A stretch of DNA of 64,000 nucleotides from a virus. Taxonomy: Duplodnaviria; Caudoviricetes. The stretch is taken from IMG/VR virus record IMGVR_UViG_3300032327_000792; one strand, given 5' to 3'. Position 1 is the stretch's first letter. Every line of letters starts with the position of its first letter. The position numbers were made by a program, and so were the translations under genes. Shown here one piece after another: positions 44,502 to 53,112 of this stretch. The notes beneath the pieces were generated by a model, which did not search any database, was not told where the DNA came from, and was given only the letters and a program-made list of their open reading frames with translations.

Positions 44502-45042
44502 TTTGAAAATAATTATAATGTTTTTCCAAGGTCCAAGTCAACGGATTTATTGGTGTGCCATCGTGTGTGGCAAATTGCGAATCCAACACTGCATAGCGTT
44601 GAAAAAATAACCAGTAATCGGGGCTAGACTGAGACAGTCCCGATTCACGCAGAATTTGATCGTTATCTTTGTTAATCAAACAAGTAGGGATATTCATAGC
44701 CTGGCTCACAGTCATAATTCCTTGCAACAACATATCCAAAGCATCTCGGGCCGGGATAATATGTTCAAAAATACAAGATTTGAGATTTACCCCAACTTCA
44801 ACATAGTGACTGCCGATACCGCCGCCAATTACATAGCTGTGATATCGACGCAACCAATGGTCGATCGCATCTCGTACCAGTCGTTTTTCTTGAAGTGTTT
44901 GCTGATGTTGGTATAAGCTCAACAACCTGGAAATTTCTTGTTCGGCAAGTTCTGCACTTTCCCGGTGAGTTTGTTCGCTACGTTTTACTCGCGTATAGGT
45001 TGTAGGTTGATAATTTTCTATCAATAGTTTTAATTGAGTCAT
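44491..45042 (-). CDS. Hypothetical protein
   Basis: 183-aa ORF; FEHIIPA segment. Confidence 0.6.
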   Translation of the reverse strand: MTQLKLLIENYQPTTYTRVKRSEQTHRESAELAEQEISRLLSLYQHQQTLQEKRLVRDAIDHWLRRYHSYVIGGGIGSHYVEVGVNLKSCIFEHIIPARDALDMLLQGIMTVSQAMNIPTCLINKDNDQILRESGLSQSSPDYWLFFQRYAVLDSQFATHDGTPINPLTWTLEKHYNYFQNDR

Positions 45043-45671
45043 ACTAGGGTAAAAGTTCTTGTGTAATAATCGTAACGAAGTCGGTCGTTTATGGACGGAT
45101 AATGTATATGACTTAGATGATCAATAAATTCTTCATATTTAACTCCATTGAGATCATAATCGCCACAAAAGTCGTTATAATTTTTTTTAGATTGTAATAC
45201 CCATGGCCAATATTCTTTTTTAAAATTTGTCAAAGTAATGTCACCTTTGGCACTGTCTTGGCTGATATAACTATGATACTCAGTGGATATTGGCATGATG
45301 GTCATAAACTCAAAAAGATATCTTAAGTCATTGTCAAATCTAGTTTCTCTAAAAATTCCGCTAGGAACTCTTGAGCCTTTATCAACGGAATGGCCTGCAT
45401 GTCTATTTTCGCTGGCACGTTGTCTAATATGATTAAAATCCAATCTAAACCTTGTTTTTTGACGTCCGGTTACAAAATCATTTACTGCTATAAACCCAGG
45501 AGTCTTTGTAATAAGACATTCCAATGGAGTTTCACAATTACCCATGTACATGTATTGTAAAATTGGTAAATTGTAATTTTTAATTTCAGCTTTTCTATCT
45601 TCTTGATAGGCGCCAGGTTTTGTCGAAACAAACTGATAGTTCACTGTAGTGGATCTCCGTCTAGGCCCCAA
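45039..45671 (-). CDS. Hypothetical protein (AT-rich)
   Basis: 210-aa ORF; the start may be downstream of 45671. Confidence 0.55.
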   Translation of the reverse strand: MGPRRRSTTVNYQFVSTKPGAYQEDRKAEIKNYNLPILQYMYMGNCETPLECLITKTPGFIAVNDFVTGRQKTRFRLDFNHIRQRASENRHAGHSVDKGSRVPSGIFRETRFDNDLRYLFEFMTIMPISTEYHSYISQDSAKGDITLTNFKKEYWPWVLQSKKNYNDFCGDYDLNGVKYEEFIDHLSHIHYPSINDRLRYDYYTRTFTLV

Positions 45672-45835
45672 AACACTGCTTTGCCTGCCAGCATGGCTTC
45701 TTCTAACTGACGTTCCATGGCAGCATCAAATACCAACAATTCAAGACCTTCTACTTCCGCCACAGTCAAATAGTCAGCGGCCAACGCACCTTCCAACACT
45801 GCTTGCACAATCATTTCGCGTTCTTCTGTGATCAT
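45641..45835 (-). CDS. Small hypothetical protein
   Basis: Likely start MITEERE at 45835 (ATGA overlap). Confidence 0.55.
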   Translation of the reverse strand: MITEEREMIVQAVLEGALAADYLTVAEVEGLELLVFDAAMERQLEEAMLAGKAVFWGLDGDPLQ

Positions 45836-45999
45836 TTTTCTACCTTTGTAAAACGTTCGTCGAATGCACCAATCAAACAACTGTATTCCTGGTCTGTGCC
45901 CATGGCTTGATAGTGTACCCATGACCCTGTGGCAGTATGGTTCACTATTTTTACTACGAATTTTTTCCCATTGTAATCTCTGTAAACTGCGTCTTGCAT
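45832..45999 (-). CDS. Small hypothetical protein
   Basis: Likely start MQDAVYR at 45999 with an AAGGAA RBS. Confidence 0.55.
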   Translation of the reverse strand: MQDAVYRDYNGKKFVVKIVNHTATGSWVHYQAMGTDQEYSCLIGAFDERFTKVEK

Positions 46000-46010
46000 C
46001 TTGATATTCC

Positions 46011-46382
46011 TTAATACTGTGCTCTGGCCAATCGTGACTCTCTCACACGATCCCATGATTCGTCCAAACTGGTCCTAAAGATTTGATCAAATATTTTGTC
46101 TGTGAATGTATAACCTTCAGATTCGCTACCTACACTGAAAAAATCATAATCAATGGTCCAGCGAGGAATAACACTCATTGAAGCTGCACCATCGTGCAAG
46201 GCCGGCAATGATTTCCACTGAAACAACAGTCGATCAACAACCTGTTGCCAATGCTTCTGAGCCCACTCGGATTGAGAATTTTCCAATGCCAATCTAGCCG
46301 AATCTAATCTGGTTCCAAGAGCTTCGGCTTCTTCTCCAATGAATCGATAGTTTCTTAGGTCTTGTGGTATGTATTCGTTCAT
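46011..46382 (-). CDS. Hypothetical early protein
   Basis: 123-aa ORF directly behind a sigma70 promoter. Confidence 0.65.
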   Translation of the reverse strand: MNEYIPQDLRNYRFIGEEAEALGTRLDSARLALENSQSEWAQKHWQQVVDRLLFQWKSLPALHDGAASMSVIPRWTIDYDFFSVGSESEGYTFTDKIFDQIFRTSLDESWDRVRESRLARAQY

Positions 46383-46412
46383 GCTTGACCTTGAGTTAAT
46401 TAATGTTCAATA

Positions 46413-46441
46413 ATTATAACAAACCGGCAATTTTTGGTCAA
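46413..46441 (-). promoter_or_regulatory. Sigma70-type promoter
   Basis: TTGACC-17-TATAAT. Confidence 0.8.
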
Positions 46442-46442
46442 C

Positions 46443-47189
46443 CTATGCTGGATCAGCCAAAATAGTTATAGTGCCTTGTTTTTCTTTGGGCACACACAGC
46501 ATATTTTGGTAGTCCACTACGAAAAACTCATAGTTGTCGATGTCAGCCAGGACCTGTTTGATTGGGTCTACTCCGGTAATAAAATATTCAACCCAGATCC
46601 AAGGACGATGTTGTCGAATAGTTTCGAGTGCTCCTGTGAGTGCTGGGATTTCATAGCCTTCTACGTCTAATTTAAAAAAATCCAATCTGGGCAATGCCAT
46701 TGCATCGATGCTGGTAATGTTTACCACACGATCTGCCATCCACCCATGTTCATCCTCTGTGGTTTGATCACTAAGAGACACAGTACCAAAGTCTTGAGCT
46801 ATGCTGTAGTCTACTGCGGGTAGTTGTGCAATGCCAGGCTCTGCACCCAGTCCACGGTTGTGGAGATACACATGACGGTATCCGTTGACAGCTAGGCTTC
46901 CGCCCAAGGCCTGGAATAGTTGACGCTGTGGTTCAAAGCTGATGATTCTTGTTCCACGGTCCTGCGTTCTATTGGCCACTGGCACAGTAAAAAATCCAAT
47001 GTTGGCTCCGCCATCCACTATAACTGCATCTGGGGGCAAGGTATCAACAATAGCAAAGATATTGTTCAATTCACTTTCAATGTGAGTGCGGCCTGTTTTG
47101 ACCAAAGCCTCTGCTTGAAACAAACAGGTCCTGGGCACAATAAATTTACCATACACACTGTCTAATACTACAAAATTATCTACAGTCAC
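46443..47189 (-). CDS. FkbM-family SAM-dependent methyltransferase
   Basis: VDGGANIGFF, SFEPQ, FFKLDVEGYE, RPWIWVE. Confidence 0.9.
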   Translation of the reverse strand: MTVDNFVVLDSVYGKFIVPRTCLFQAEALVKTGRTHIESELNNIFAIVDTLPPDAVIVDGGANIGFFTVPVANRTQDRGTRIISFEPQRQLFQALGGSLAVNGYRHVYLHNRGLGAEPGIAQLPAVDYSIAQDFGTVSLSDQTTEDEHGWMADRVVNITSIDAMALPRLDFFKLDVEGYEIPALTGALETIRQHRPWIWVEYFITGVDPIKQVLADIDNYEFFVVDYQNMLCVPKEKQGTITILADPA

Positions 47190-47190
47190 A

Positions 47191-47421
47191 CTATCTCCAT
47201 TTCATTACAAAGGCCAAATAATCACGCTCGTCGTCAAAGTAGAATATATAACGTCCGGGTTTGATATCCGAACTGGTTTGTACCAGTTGCCAACGCCAGT
47301 CATCTTGTAGTTCACTCTTGCACCAGTCTAACACTGATTCCAACATGCCAAAAGGTTTGACTATCTCAGTGGCATGATTGAAACTGGTTTTTTCTCGGGT
47401 TAGAGGTTTATCTTGTATCAT
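47191..47421 (-). CDS. Small hypothetical protein
   Basis: 76 aa; ends GRYIFYFDDERDYLAFVMKW. Confidence 0.65.
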   Translation of the reverse strand: MIQDKPLTREKTSFNHATEIVKPFGMLESVLDWCKSELQDDWRWQLVQTSSDIKPGRYIFYFDDERDYLAFVMKWR

Positions 47422-47867
47422 TAGCCGCTGATGTATTCTCGATTGCCACGCCGTGTGTCATAGGTTCTGTCAAGAGCATCCTTTAACTTTGCTTGCGGCA
47501 GCCGCCACTGGTCATATCCCTGAGCTATTCCACCTATGTATCCCGGTGAAGGAGTTCCTGATTTGGGATCAGTCATTTCATAGAAGAAAAACCGCTGGCC
47601 GCCTTGATTCCAAGTACGTTTGGTATAGTAGCTAGGATACCCTTCAAAACGATCCAATGCTTGTTCACATTCGCGTGTGAGTTGCCAAAGTACTCCGTGT
47701 ACGCTGGTATTTTGTTTTGGTTCAATGGTAGCATGACAGTACAGTTCTAATTGCCAGTGGTACAGTTCAAATGCGCCAACAGGCTCGGCGAGTGGACAAC
47801 GTCTGGCCATGTCGTCTGAGTTGATATTAGCGCCATAGGCAAAATACAGTGATGTAGGATGTTTCAT
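47421..47867 (-). CDS. Gamma-glutamylcyclotransferase (GGCT/AIG2-like)
   Basis: YFAYGANIN...MARRCP, HGVLWQL, ALDRFEGYPSYY. Confidence 0.9.
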   Translation of the reverse strand: MKHPTSLYFAYGANINSDDMARRCPLAEPVGAFELYHWQLELYCHATIEPKQNTSVHGVLWQLTRECEQALDRFEGYPSYYTKRTWNQGGQRFFFYEMTDPKSGTPSPGYIGGIAQGYDQWRLPQAKLKDALDRTYDTRRGNREYISG

Positions 47868-48121
47868 GTCAATACCTCTGAAAATTTAAGTGTCATTAAG
47901 AGTGCATCTTGTGGATCTCGAAAATACCAAGTTATGTCTGTGATATTGGCATCTGTAATGTAACGTCCGCCTGGCAAGCCAAACATTTCCATGCCTTGAG
48001 CACATATTTCGTTCCAGGCCGACACAGTGTCTAACCGAGCACTCCAAGGAACCACAACAGGATATTTAAACGCATCATCTTGCAATGTACTGTTTCCTGA
48101 TATAGTCGTTGGCCCACTCAA
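47864..48121 (-). CDS. Small hypothetical protein
   Basis: 85 aa; ends FGLPGGRY...WYFRDPQDALLMTLKF, similar in style to 47191..47421. Confidence 0.6.
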   Translation of the reverse strand: MSGPTTISGNSTLQDDAFKYPVVVPWSARLDTVSAWNEICAQGMEMFGLPGGRYITDANITDITWYFRDPQDALLMTLKFSEVLT

Positions 48122-48335
48122 TGCTGCCAGTGTTGTAATACAAGTGATTGTCTGTTATGCCAAAGTGGTTGCAAAAACTTTGTCCATATCGTATGCCGTG
48201 CAAGGCTTCCCAAATAAAATCTTTGCGCCACTGTTCGTAATCATCTTGATTGATAGTTTTATGCGTTTTTCCTGCTTGGGCCAGGGCCTGGTCATGAAAG
48301 TCTACCAGTTGTTTAAACACTTGTTTTCCGGGCAT
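48075..48335 (-). CDS. Small hypothetical protein
   Basis: 86-aa ORF. Confidence 0.55.
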   Translation of the reverse strand: MPGKQVFKQLVDFHDQALAQAGKTHKTINQDDYEQWRKDFIWEALHGIRYGQSFCNHFGITDNHLYYNTGSIEWANDYIRKQYIAR

Positions 48336-48336
48336 T

Positions 48337-48627
48337 CTATAATACCTTTATTAAACCATAACCGTAAACTGCCAACAAGGCAGCATTGACCACAATCAAA
48401 CTCCATTCACGCCACAAGATGCTGGTAATCAACCAGCTCACACTGCCTGCGTTCAACAACCAGATAGTGTAGGGCTTCCAATCGTTGACAATGGCCACGG
48501 CTGCAGTCAGCATAATTGCTGTGCTGATCCACTTCATTAAAAAAGTCATGCTGTTGATGTTGATCCAACGTCTGCGTATCTTCAGCGGTATTGGATAACC
48601 CATGTTGTCGTCAATCTCGTTGTACAT
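48337..48627 (-). CDS. Small multi-pass membrane protein
   Basis: KWISTAIML...LWREWSLIVVN; start placed after the promoter at 48655-48684. Confidence 0.55.
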   Translation of the reverse strand: MYNEIDDNMGYPIPLKIRRRWININSMTFLMKWISTAIMLTAAVAIVNDWKPYTIWLLNAGSVSWLITSILWREWSLIVVNAALLAVYGYGLIKVL

Positions 48628-48654
48628 ATCTACCTTGTTGTTATTGGATATGCT

Positions 48655-48684
48655 ATTATAGCACACTATTGCCATTGTGGTCAA
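48655..48684 (-). promoter_or_regulatory. Sigma70-type promoter
   Basis: TTGACC-18-TATAAT. Confidence 0.6.
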
Positions 48685-49195
48685 CTTCAATCCAGGTGTA
48701 GTCACCCAACCATTTGACCTGGCAAATATAGTCGTATTCCTCAGGAGCACCAGTGGTCCAATCCTCGGGTCCATTATGAGTCAATCTGGTTCCGCCTCGT
48801 CGGGTGTCGTTGACCAACCAATAGGTTTGGCCATGGTAGATTTGGAACTCATAACGGGCTGCATGTACCATGTCTGTGATGTCCAATCTACGTTTGAGGT
48901 CAGCGGCCTGTCGTTGTAGAACTTCAACCAATTCGGTAATTCTGTTGTATTCTTGTTGAGCATGCATACGGGCAACATTGACCATGATGTCCTTTTGTTT
49001 TTCCACAGGAATTAGGTCAAACTTGGGACCACCTACCTCGATAGGATATGGTGTAACGTTTTTGTTGAAGAACTCAACTACTACATTGCCAACCGCAACG
49101 TCAAAACTGTTGCGACCGTCGGCGAGATTGCTTTTTTTCTTGGTCAAATCAATTCCATAATGCTTGGTAGTATTTTCCAAACAAACGGAAGCCAT
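48656..49195 (-). CDS. Hypothetical protein (DUF2452-like)
   Basis: PYPIEVGGPKF, A.YEFQIYHGQTYWL, DYTW; the start is probably downstream. Confidence 0.6.
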   Translation of the reverse strand: MASVCLENTTKHYGIDLTKKKSNLADGRNSFDVAVGNVVVEFFNKNVTPYPIEVGGPKFDLIPVEKQKDIMVNVARMHAQQEYNRITELVEVLQRQAADLKRRLDITDMVHAARYEFQIYHGQTYWLVNDTRRGGTRLTHNGPEDWTTGAPEEYDYICQVKWLGDYTWIEVDHNGNSVL

Positions 49196-49775
49196 TTTGT
49201 TTGCGTTCTTGATGCTGTTTCAATCCGTCCCAATCAACTCGGCTTTTGTCAAGGTAACTGTTGGGATCCTTGACAAAGTCCGTAATGTCACCACACTCAC
49301 TGTGATCAAAGAATTTGCTTTCATCATCGTCCGCAACTTTTTGTTCAAATGCCCAAATCATCTCGGCCAACACCCAATCCCAACGTAGAAAGTGATTGGC
49401 ATCTGTGTCCCACTCATTTTCTGTAGCGGGTGCAGATGTACTGCGTAGTTCTTCTGGAACATCTTCATCATCCACCATGGGCGCACCGTGTTTGGTTGCC
49501 TGTAGTTGTTGAAGCATGGGCACAATGATTGTGGCCAGGGTTGAGTCCATTGACCAAGTGTCCCAGCGATCAAGTTTTACATATTCAAATCTTGGACGCA
49601 CTCGCTCACTGATCCACTGTAGCACTTTACACGCAGGTTCCAACCGATTGGCCCAACGCTTGACCCAGGGTTCATCATAATCAATCTTGTCCCAATCCAG
49701 CCAGAACAACACACGTTCCAATATGGTGTAGGGACTCAACCAGTGATTACGATAGTTTGATATCCATACTTTCAT
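49149..49775 (-). CDS. Phage hypothetical protein
   Basis: 208 aa; WDTWSMDSTLATII...KHGAP...GFRLFGKYYQALW. Confidence 0.7.
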   Translation of the reverse strand: MKVWISNYRNHWLSPYTILERVLFWLDWDKIDYDEPWVKRWANRLEPACKVLQWISERVRPRFEYVKLDRWDTWSMDSTLATIIVPMLQQLQATKHGAPMVDDEDVPEELRSTSAPATENEWDTDANHFLRWDWVLAEMIWAFEQKVADDDESKFFDHSECGDITDFVKDPNSYLDKSRVDWDGLKQHQERKQNGFRLFGKYYQALWN

Positions 49776-49960
49776 TGTTCAACTCCAAAATGTTTCTTGA
49801 TCAATTCAGTACCAAAGTCAGAGCCACACGCATTGATACATTCCTGCACAACTAACTCAGCAAACCGTTGTTCAAATTCATCAGCCAGGGCATAACGTGT
49901 TTGTCCGTTGACAGTAATAAGTCTAGCTTCCTCAGCAAGTTGTTGAATCAGTTGGTTCAT
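49772..49960 (-). CDS. Small hypothetical protein (MNQLIQQLAEEA...HFGVE family)
   Basis: Likely start at 49960. Confidence 0.6.
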   Translation of the reverse strand: MNQLIQQLAEEARLITVNGQTRYALADEFEQRFAELVVQECINACGSDFGTELIKKHFGVEQ

Positions 49961-50133
49961 TGTTCTATTCCAAAGGTTTGTTTTATTACTTGTGCCGCGG
50001 CAGGAGCCAGCCCTGTTTGAGCTATTGTAGCACATTCTTCCGCAATGAGTCTAGCAAAAAGATCCAGGCCTTTTTGATCTGGGTTGTGATCAATACCCGC
50101 ATGTTGTTTGAGTTCATGAATCTTTGAGTTCAT
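49957..50133 (-). CDS. Small hypothetical protein (MNSKIHELKQHA...FGIE; paralog of the neighbour)
   Basis: Manual translation, 58 aa, ATGA overlaps. Confidence 0.6.
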   Translation of the reverse strand: MNSKIHELKQHAGIDHNPDQKGLDLFARLIAEECATIAQTGLAPAAAQVIKQTFGIEQ

Positions 50134-50354
50134 TTTACAATTCCCATTGCTTCTCTGGTGTAATCCAAAATGTCGCCGTGTTCACTGCGGATCAGTTCAG
50201 CACTGGAATCTACAATTTCAATTTCACAATCATAGTGTGTGATATCATAGTCCACAAAGTCATGATTGTCATCATACTGGCGAAACCATATCTGGCCATT
50301 CATGCCACGAATCAGCAGGCCACGTTGACCTTGAGCAGGTCTACGACTATTCAT
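50130..50354 (-). CDS. Small hypothetical protein
   Basis: Likely start MNSRRPA at 50354. Confidence 0.55.
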   Translation of the reverse strand: MNSRRPAQGQRGLLIRGMNGQIWFRQYDDNHDFVDYDITHYDCEIEIVDSSAELIRSEHGDILDYTREAMGIVK

Positions 50355-50535
50355 AGGTCTTGAAATACTGATGCAACACTTCGGCGGCATCATCGTAGCC
50401 GTTGTCCTGCAAACTGCGCACAGCATCCTCTGCCACTAATTTTATAGTCAATGGCAAATAGCCACGACTCACTGCCGGGTAGTGACTGCCGCCTACTTGT
50501 AGTGCTAAATCTGTTAATTTTTTATTCATTACCAA
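50347..50535 (-). CDS. Small hypothetical protein
   Basis: LALQVGGSHYP motif. Confidence 0.55.
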   Translation of the reverse strand: MVMNKKLTDLALQVGGSHYPAVSRGYLPLTIKLVAEDAVRSLQDNGYDDAAEVLHQYFKTYE

Positions 50536-50711
50536 CTCCCATCATCCAAATACAATAATACCGTGAGGAATAACCACCCTGTTCTCCACTGGCGCCAGGG
50601 CGAACCCCATTCATTGTTGTGCTCTCGGCGAGCAAATGGCATCACATACCAATGGCACGGGTTTAGGTTCAAGTTGATGCTGACGCCAGAATATTTTATC
50701 CATTTACGCAT
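50529..50711 (-). CDS. Small Trp-rich hypothetical protein
   Basis: Likely start MRKWIKYSG at 50711. Confidence 0.55.
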   Translation of the reverse strand: MRKWIKYSGVSINLNLNPCHWYVMPFARREHNNEWGSPWRQWRTGWLFLTVLLYLDDGSW

Positions 50712-50727
50712 TACGTTACTCCGCAGG

Positions 50728-51546
50728 TCAATGTAGGTCAATGTATTTGATTTCAAATTCTTGTGCTCGTTGCTCATATTGAATGTAGCCTCTTGGATTG
50801 CACACCACTCTAGTACCGCCAATGCCATAGTCAAATGGATCATGCATGTGTCCATGTACCCATAGTTGAATCTGTGGATTGTCCAAGATGAACTGATCCA
50901 TATTGGAGTAAAAGTTGCCATTCATCAAGCGATCACTGGCATACTTTTCATGTACACTCAACGGGCTTGGTGCATGATGTGTGATCACAACAATTTTGTT
51001 ATCTGTACGACCACTCTCTTTATAATTCTCCATACATACTTGCAAATAGTCACGCATCTGTGTGTGATCACTTAGAGCATGCTTGGGCAAAAATTTCCAA
51101 CTCACTCGATCATTGGTATTCTTCACTGCTTGGTAGTCATTCATGGCACGTTCAGCATTGTACATGGTGAATGAGTCCTGGTCATTGAAGTCTGTCCACA
51201 AGGTTCCACCAATGAACTCGTAGCCATTGATTGTCACTGTGGATTTGTCCAACAACGTGATGTTGGCAATCTCATGGTCATCACAGAATGCGTGAAAACG
51301 TTCTGCACCTTTGGCAAAGTCACCGGAGTAATGTTCGTGGTTGCCCATCACATACAAGCTCTGCGGAAAGTCACGACTCACACGCAGAAAAAAATTTCTT
51401 GCACGCTCACCACGTTCACTTTGTTTGTCCAAATCTTTGAGCATGACAATATCGCCAGCCAGAATCAAGAGATCAGCATTGTCTTCATTTTTAAGAACAA
51501 TATCTCCAAATTCTACATGTAAATCACTGGCTAGGGCTAGTTTCAT
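50728..51546 (-). CDS. Metallophosphoesterase (calcineurin-like)
   Basis: SDLH, LAGD, GNHE, THHAP, HGHMH. Confidence 0.92.
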   Translation of the reverse strand: MKLALASDLHVEFGDIVLKNEDNADLLILAGDIVMLKDLDKQSERGERARNFFLRVSRDFPQSLYVMGNHEHYSGDFAKGAERFHAFCDDHEIANITLLDKSTVTINGYEFIGGTLWTDFNDQDSFTMYNAERAMNDYQAVKNTNDRVSWKFLPKHALSDHTQMRDYLQVCMENYKESGRTDNKIVVITHHAPSPLSVHEKYASDRLMNGNFYSNMDQFILDNPQIQLWVHGHMHDPFDYGIGGTRVVCNPRGYIQYEQRAQEFEIKYIDLH

Positions 51547-51904
51547 CTTTTAACTTTATCAACTGTTCTACCAAATTTTGTATTACCGGATCTTCTGGTT
51601 CTCCAGCAAGATACGCTATCTTGTTGGGATAGCGTATTTGAAATCTATCAATGATTTCGCGAGCATCAGTACCTTGACAAATAAACTGTTTGTCTCGACT
51701 ATTGTAGCAGAAATACACGCCGTTGTCAATGACAATTTCCAGTCCAATCATTTGATCTTCCAGTTGCTCCACCAATTCGGTCAGAGCTTGTTCCATTCGA
51801 TCATTGAAATGCCTCAACCAAATATGTAGTCCCACTAGCCCCACAATCAAAACAACACCCACAATCATCATGGCATTGCCCACCCATATCAATGTATCGC
51901 TCAT
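51524..51904 (-). CDS. Membrane-anchored hypothetical protein
   Basis: N-terminal TM helix; FICQG segment. Confidence 0.6.
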   Translation of the reverse strand: MSDTLIWVGNAMMIVGVVLIVGLVGLHIWLRHFNDRMEQALTELVEQLEDQMIGLEIVIDNGVYFCYNSRDKQFICQGTDAREIIDRFQIRYPNKIAYLAGEPEDPVIQNLVEQLIKLKDETSPSQ

Positions 51905-52023
51905 CGTCCGTCCGATCTTGTGGTTGAATCTGGAGTCGGGTTAGTAGGTGCCACTGGTTCTACACGACGCGGCACTGTGATTGGTCGTGTGTGCAGTCGA
52001 GGAAGATTGGTGATTGGTATCAT
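51901..52023 (-). CDS. Small Pro/Thr-rich hypothetical protein (40 aa)
   Basis: Manual translation with a GGAG RBS and an ATGA overlap. Confidence 0.45.
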   Translation of the reverse strand: MIPITNLPRLHTRPITVPRRVEPVAPTNPTPDSTTRSDGR

Positions 52024-52050
52024 TGCGGTTTCTCCAAATTTATAGTAAGT

Positions 52051-52638
52051 TCACTTATCTTTAATTAGTCCTCGAGCCTTGGCTCCTTCCACGTACCATT
52101 CAGTCAAGGGCTCTTCGTCTTCGTATTCGGCCATGCATTCCGAAATACCAAATTCTGTATCCAGTTCGGTGGGCAACATGTCAGCTACTTCTGAACTGTT
52201 GTGTCCGGAAAATTCATAGTAATCGTCATTGCCATTGTCGTATACGCCGGCAAAACACATGCCTGATTCATAGTACATACCATAGACCCTAAATCCTTGC
52301 TCTACCAGGCTGTCATAGGCCGCACATGGAGGAGCCCAGGCTGAATCAAAGTGGAATGCGGCTGCTGTGTCACTTTCAATCATGGGATCTGAATCTCCAC
52401 CTACGTCCCATTTGGTACCCCAGTTGCTCACGCACCAATCGTAGTCCCAGGTGTTGTCAGGGTTTGGTACCAGAGTTTGAAAAAACTCACCCTTCTTGAA
52501 TCCTTCTACTGCTCTAGTGATTTGGGCAGGATCTTCATGTTCAAGTCTTACAGTATTTGAGCACCAATTGGGCATAGAATTCTCCAAATTTCTTAATATA
52601 CATATATTATAGCAAAAGGCGAGATTCTGGTCAACCAA
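52051..52638 (-). CDS. MPNWC-type hypothetical protein (YubB/Api92 ferredoxin-like domain)
   Basis: MPNWCSN...WCVSNWGTKWD...FDSAWAPP...YYESGMCFAG; the true start is MPNWC behind the promoter at 52606-52634. Confidence 0.75.
   Translation of the reverse strand: MVDQNLAFCYNICILRNLENSMPNWCSNTVRLEHEDPAQITRAVEGFKKGEFFQTLVPNPDNTWDYDWCVSNWGTKWDVGGDSDPMIESDTAAAFHFDSAWAPPCAAYDSLVEQGFRVYGMYYESGMCFAGVYDNGNDDYYEFSGHNSSEVADMLPTELDTEFGISECMAEYEDEEPLTEWYVEGAKARGLIKDK
52606..52634 (-). promoter_or_regulatory. Sigma70-type promoter
   Basis: TTGACC-17-TATAAT. Confidence 0.8.
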
Positions 52639-52641
52639 GAG

Positions 52642-52663
52642 AAAAGGACCCGAAGGTCCTTTT
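52642..52663 (-). terminator. Rho-independent terminator
   Basis: AAAAGGACC-CGAA-GGTCCTTTT perfect hairpin after 52716..52985. Confidence 0.8.
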
Positions 52664-52715
52664 GTGCGAAGTGTTCAGTTTGAATTGAACAGCGATTCCG
52701 ACTCTTCAAAGAATA

Positions 52716-52985
52716 TTAAAGAGTGATGCCCATTGCTTGAGCTTTGTAGCCTAGGGCCACTAATTTACGGCTTGGTTTGCCCAAAACGTACTCAGTTACT
52801 TGAACACCGTTGCCAGCTTTGCGTGAGTTTGTGTAAACTGCAAAACCATTGCTACGGATACGTGATACTTCTGCTGACAAATTCTTAACGCCTAATTTAG
52901 ACGCTTGGCTAGCTGTCAATGCTTTGCCTGCTTGTAATGCTTGGAAAACTTTAAAAGTTTTTGTTTCTGGATTAAAATGTTTCAT
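52716..52985 (-). CDS. Small basic winged-helix-like DNA-binding protein
   Basis: LTASQASKLGVKNLSAEVSRIRSNGFAVY...Y.LG.PSR; basic, HTH-like spacing. Confidence 0.6.
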   Translation of the reverse strand: MKHFNPETKTFKVFQALQAGKALTASQASKLGVKNLSAEVSRIRSNGFAVYTNSRKAGNGVQVTEYVLGKPSRKLVALGYKAQAMGITL

Positions 52986-53083
52986 GTTTTTACCTTTCTA
53001 AAATAGCTGTTTACTAACAGCATGAAGTAAGTATACAGTAGTTTTGGCCGATACACAACGATGTTTGGATAGCAGTTTAGCCA

Positions 53084-53089
53084 TAAATA
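53084..53089 (+). promoter_or_regulatory. T4-like late promoter core TAAATA (one of many copies)
   Basis: Upstream of the tail fibre gene; the same TAAATA/TAAGTA core precedes more than 15 genes in the window. Confidence 0.65.
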
Positions 53090-53112
53090 ATGAAAAAGGC
53101 TAAACTCTACCC

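Noticed and set aside
45039-45671. Possible HNH nuclease
   Set aside because: Only a loose C...H pattern is present; no complete HNH motif could be identified.
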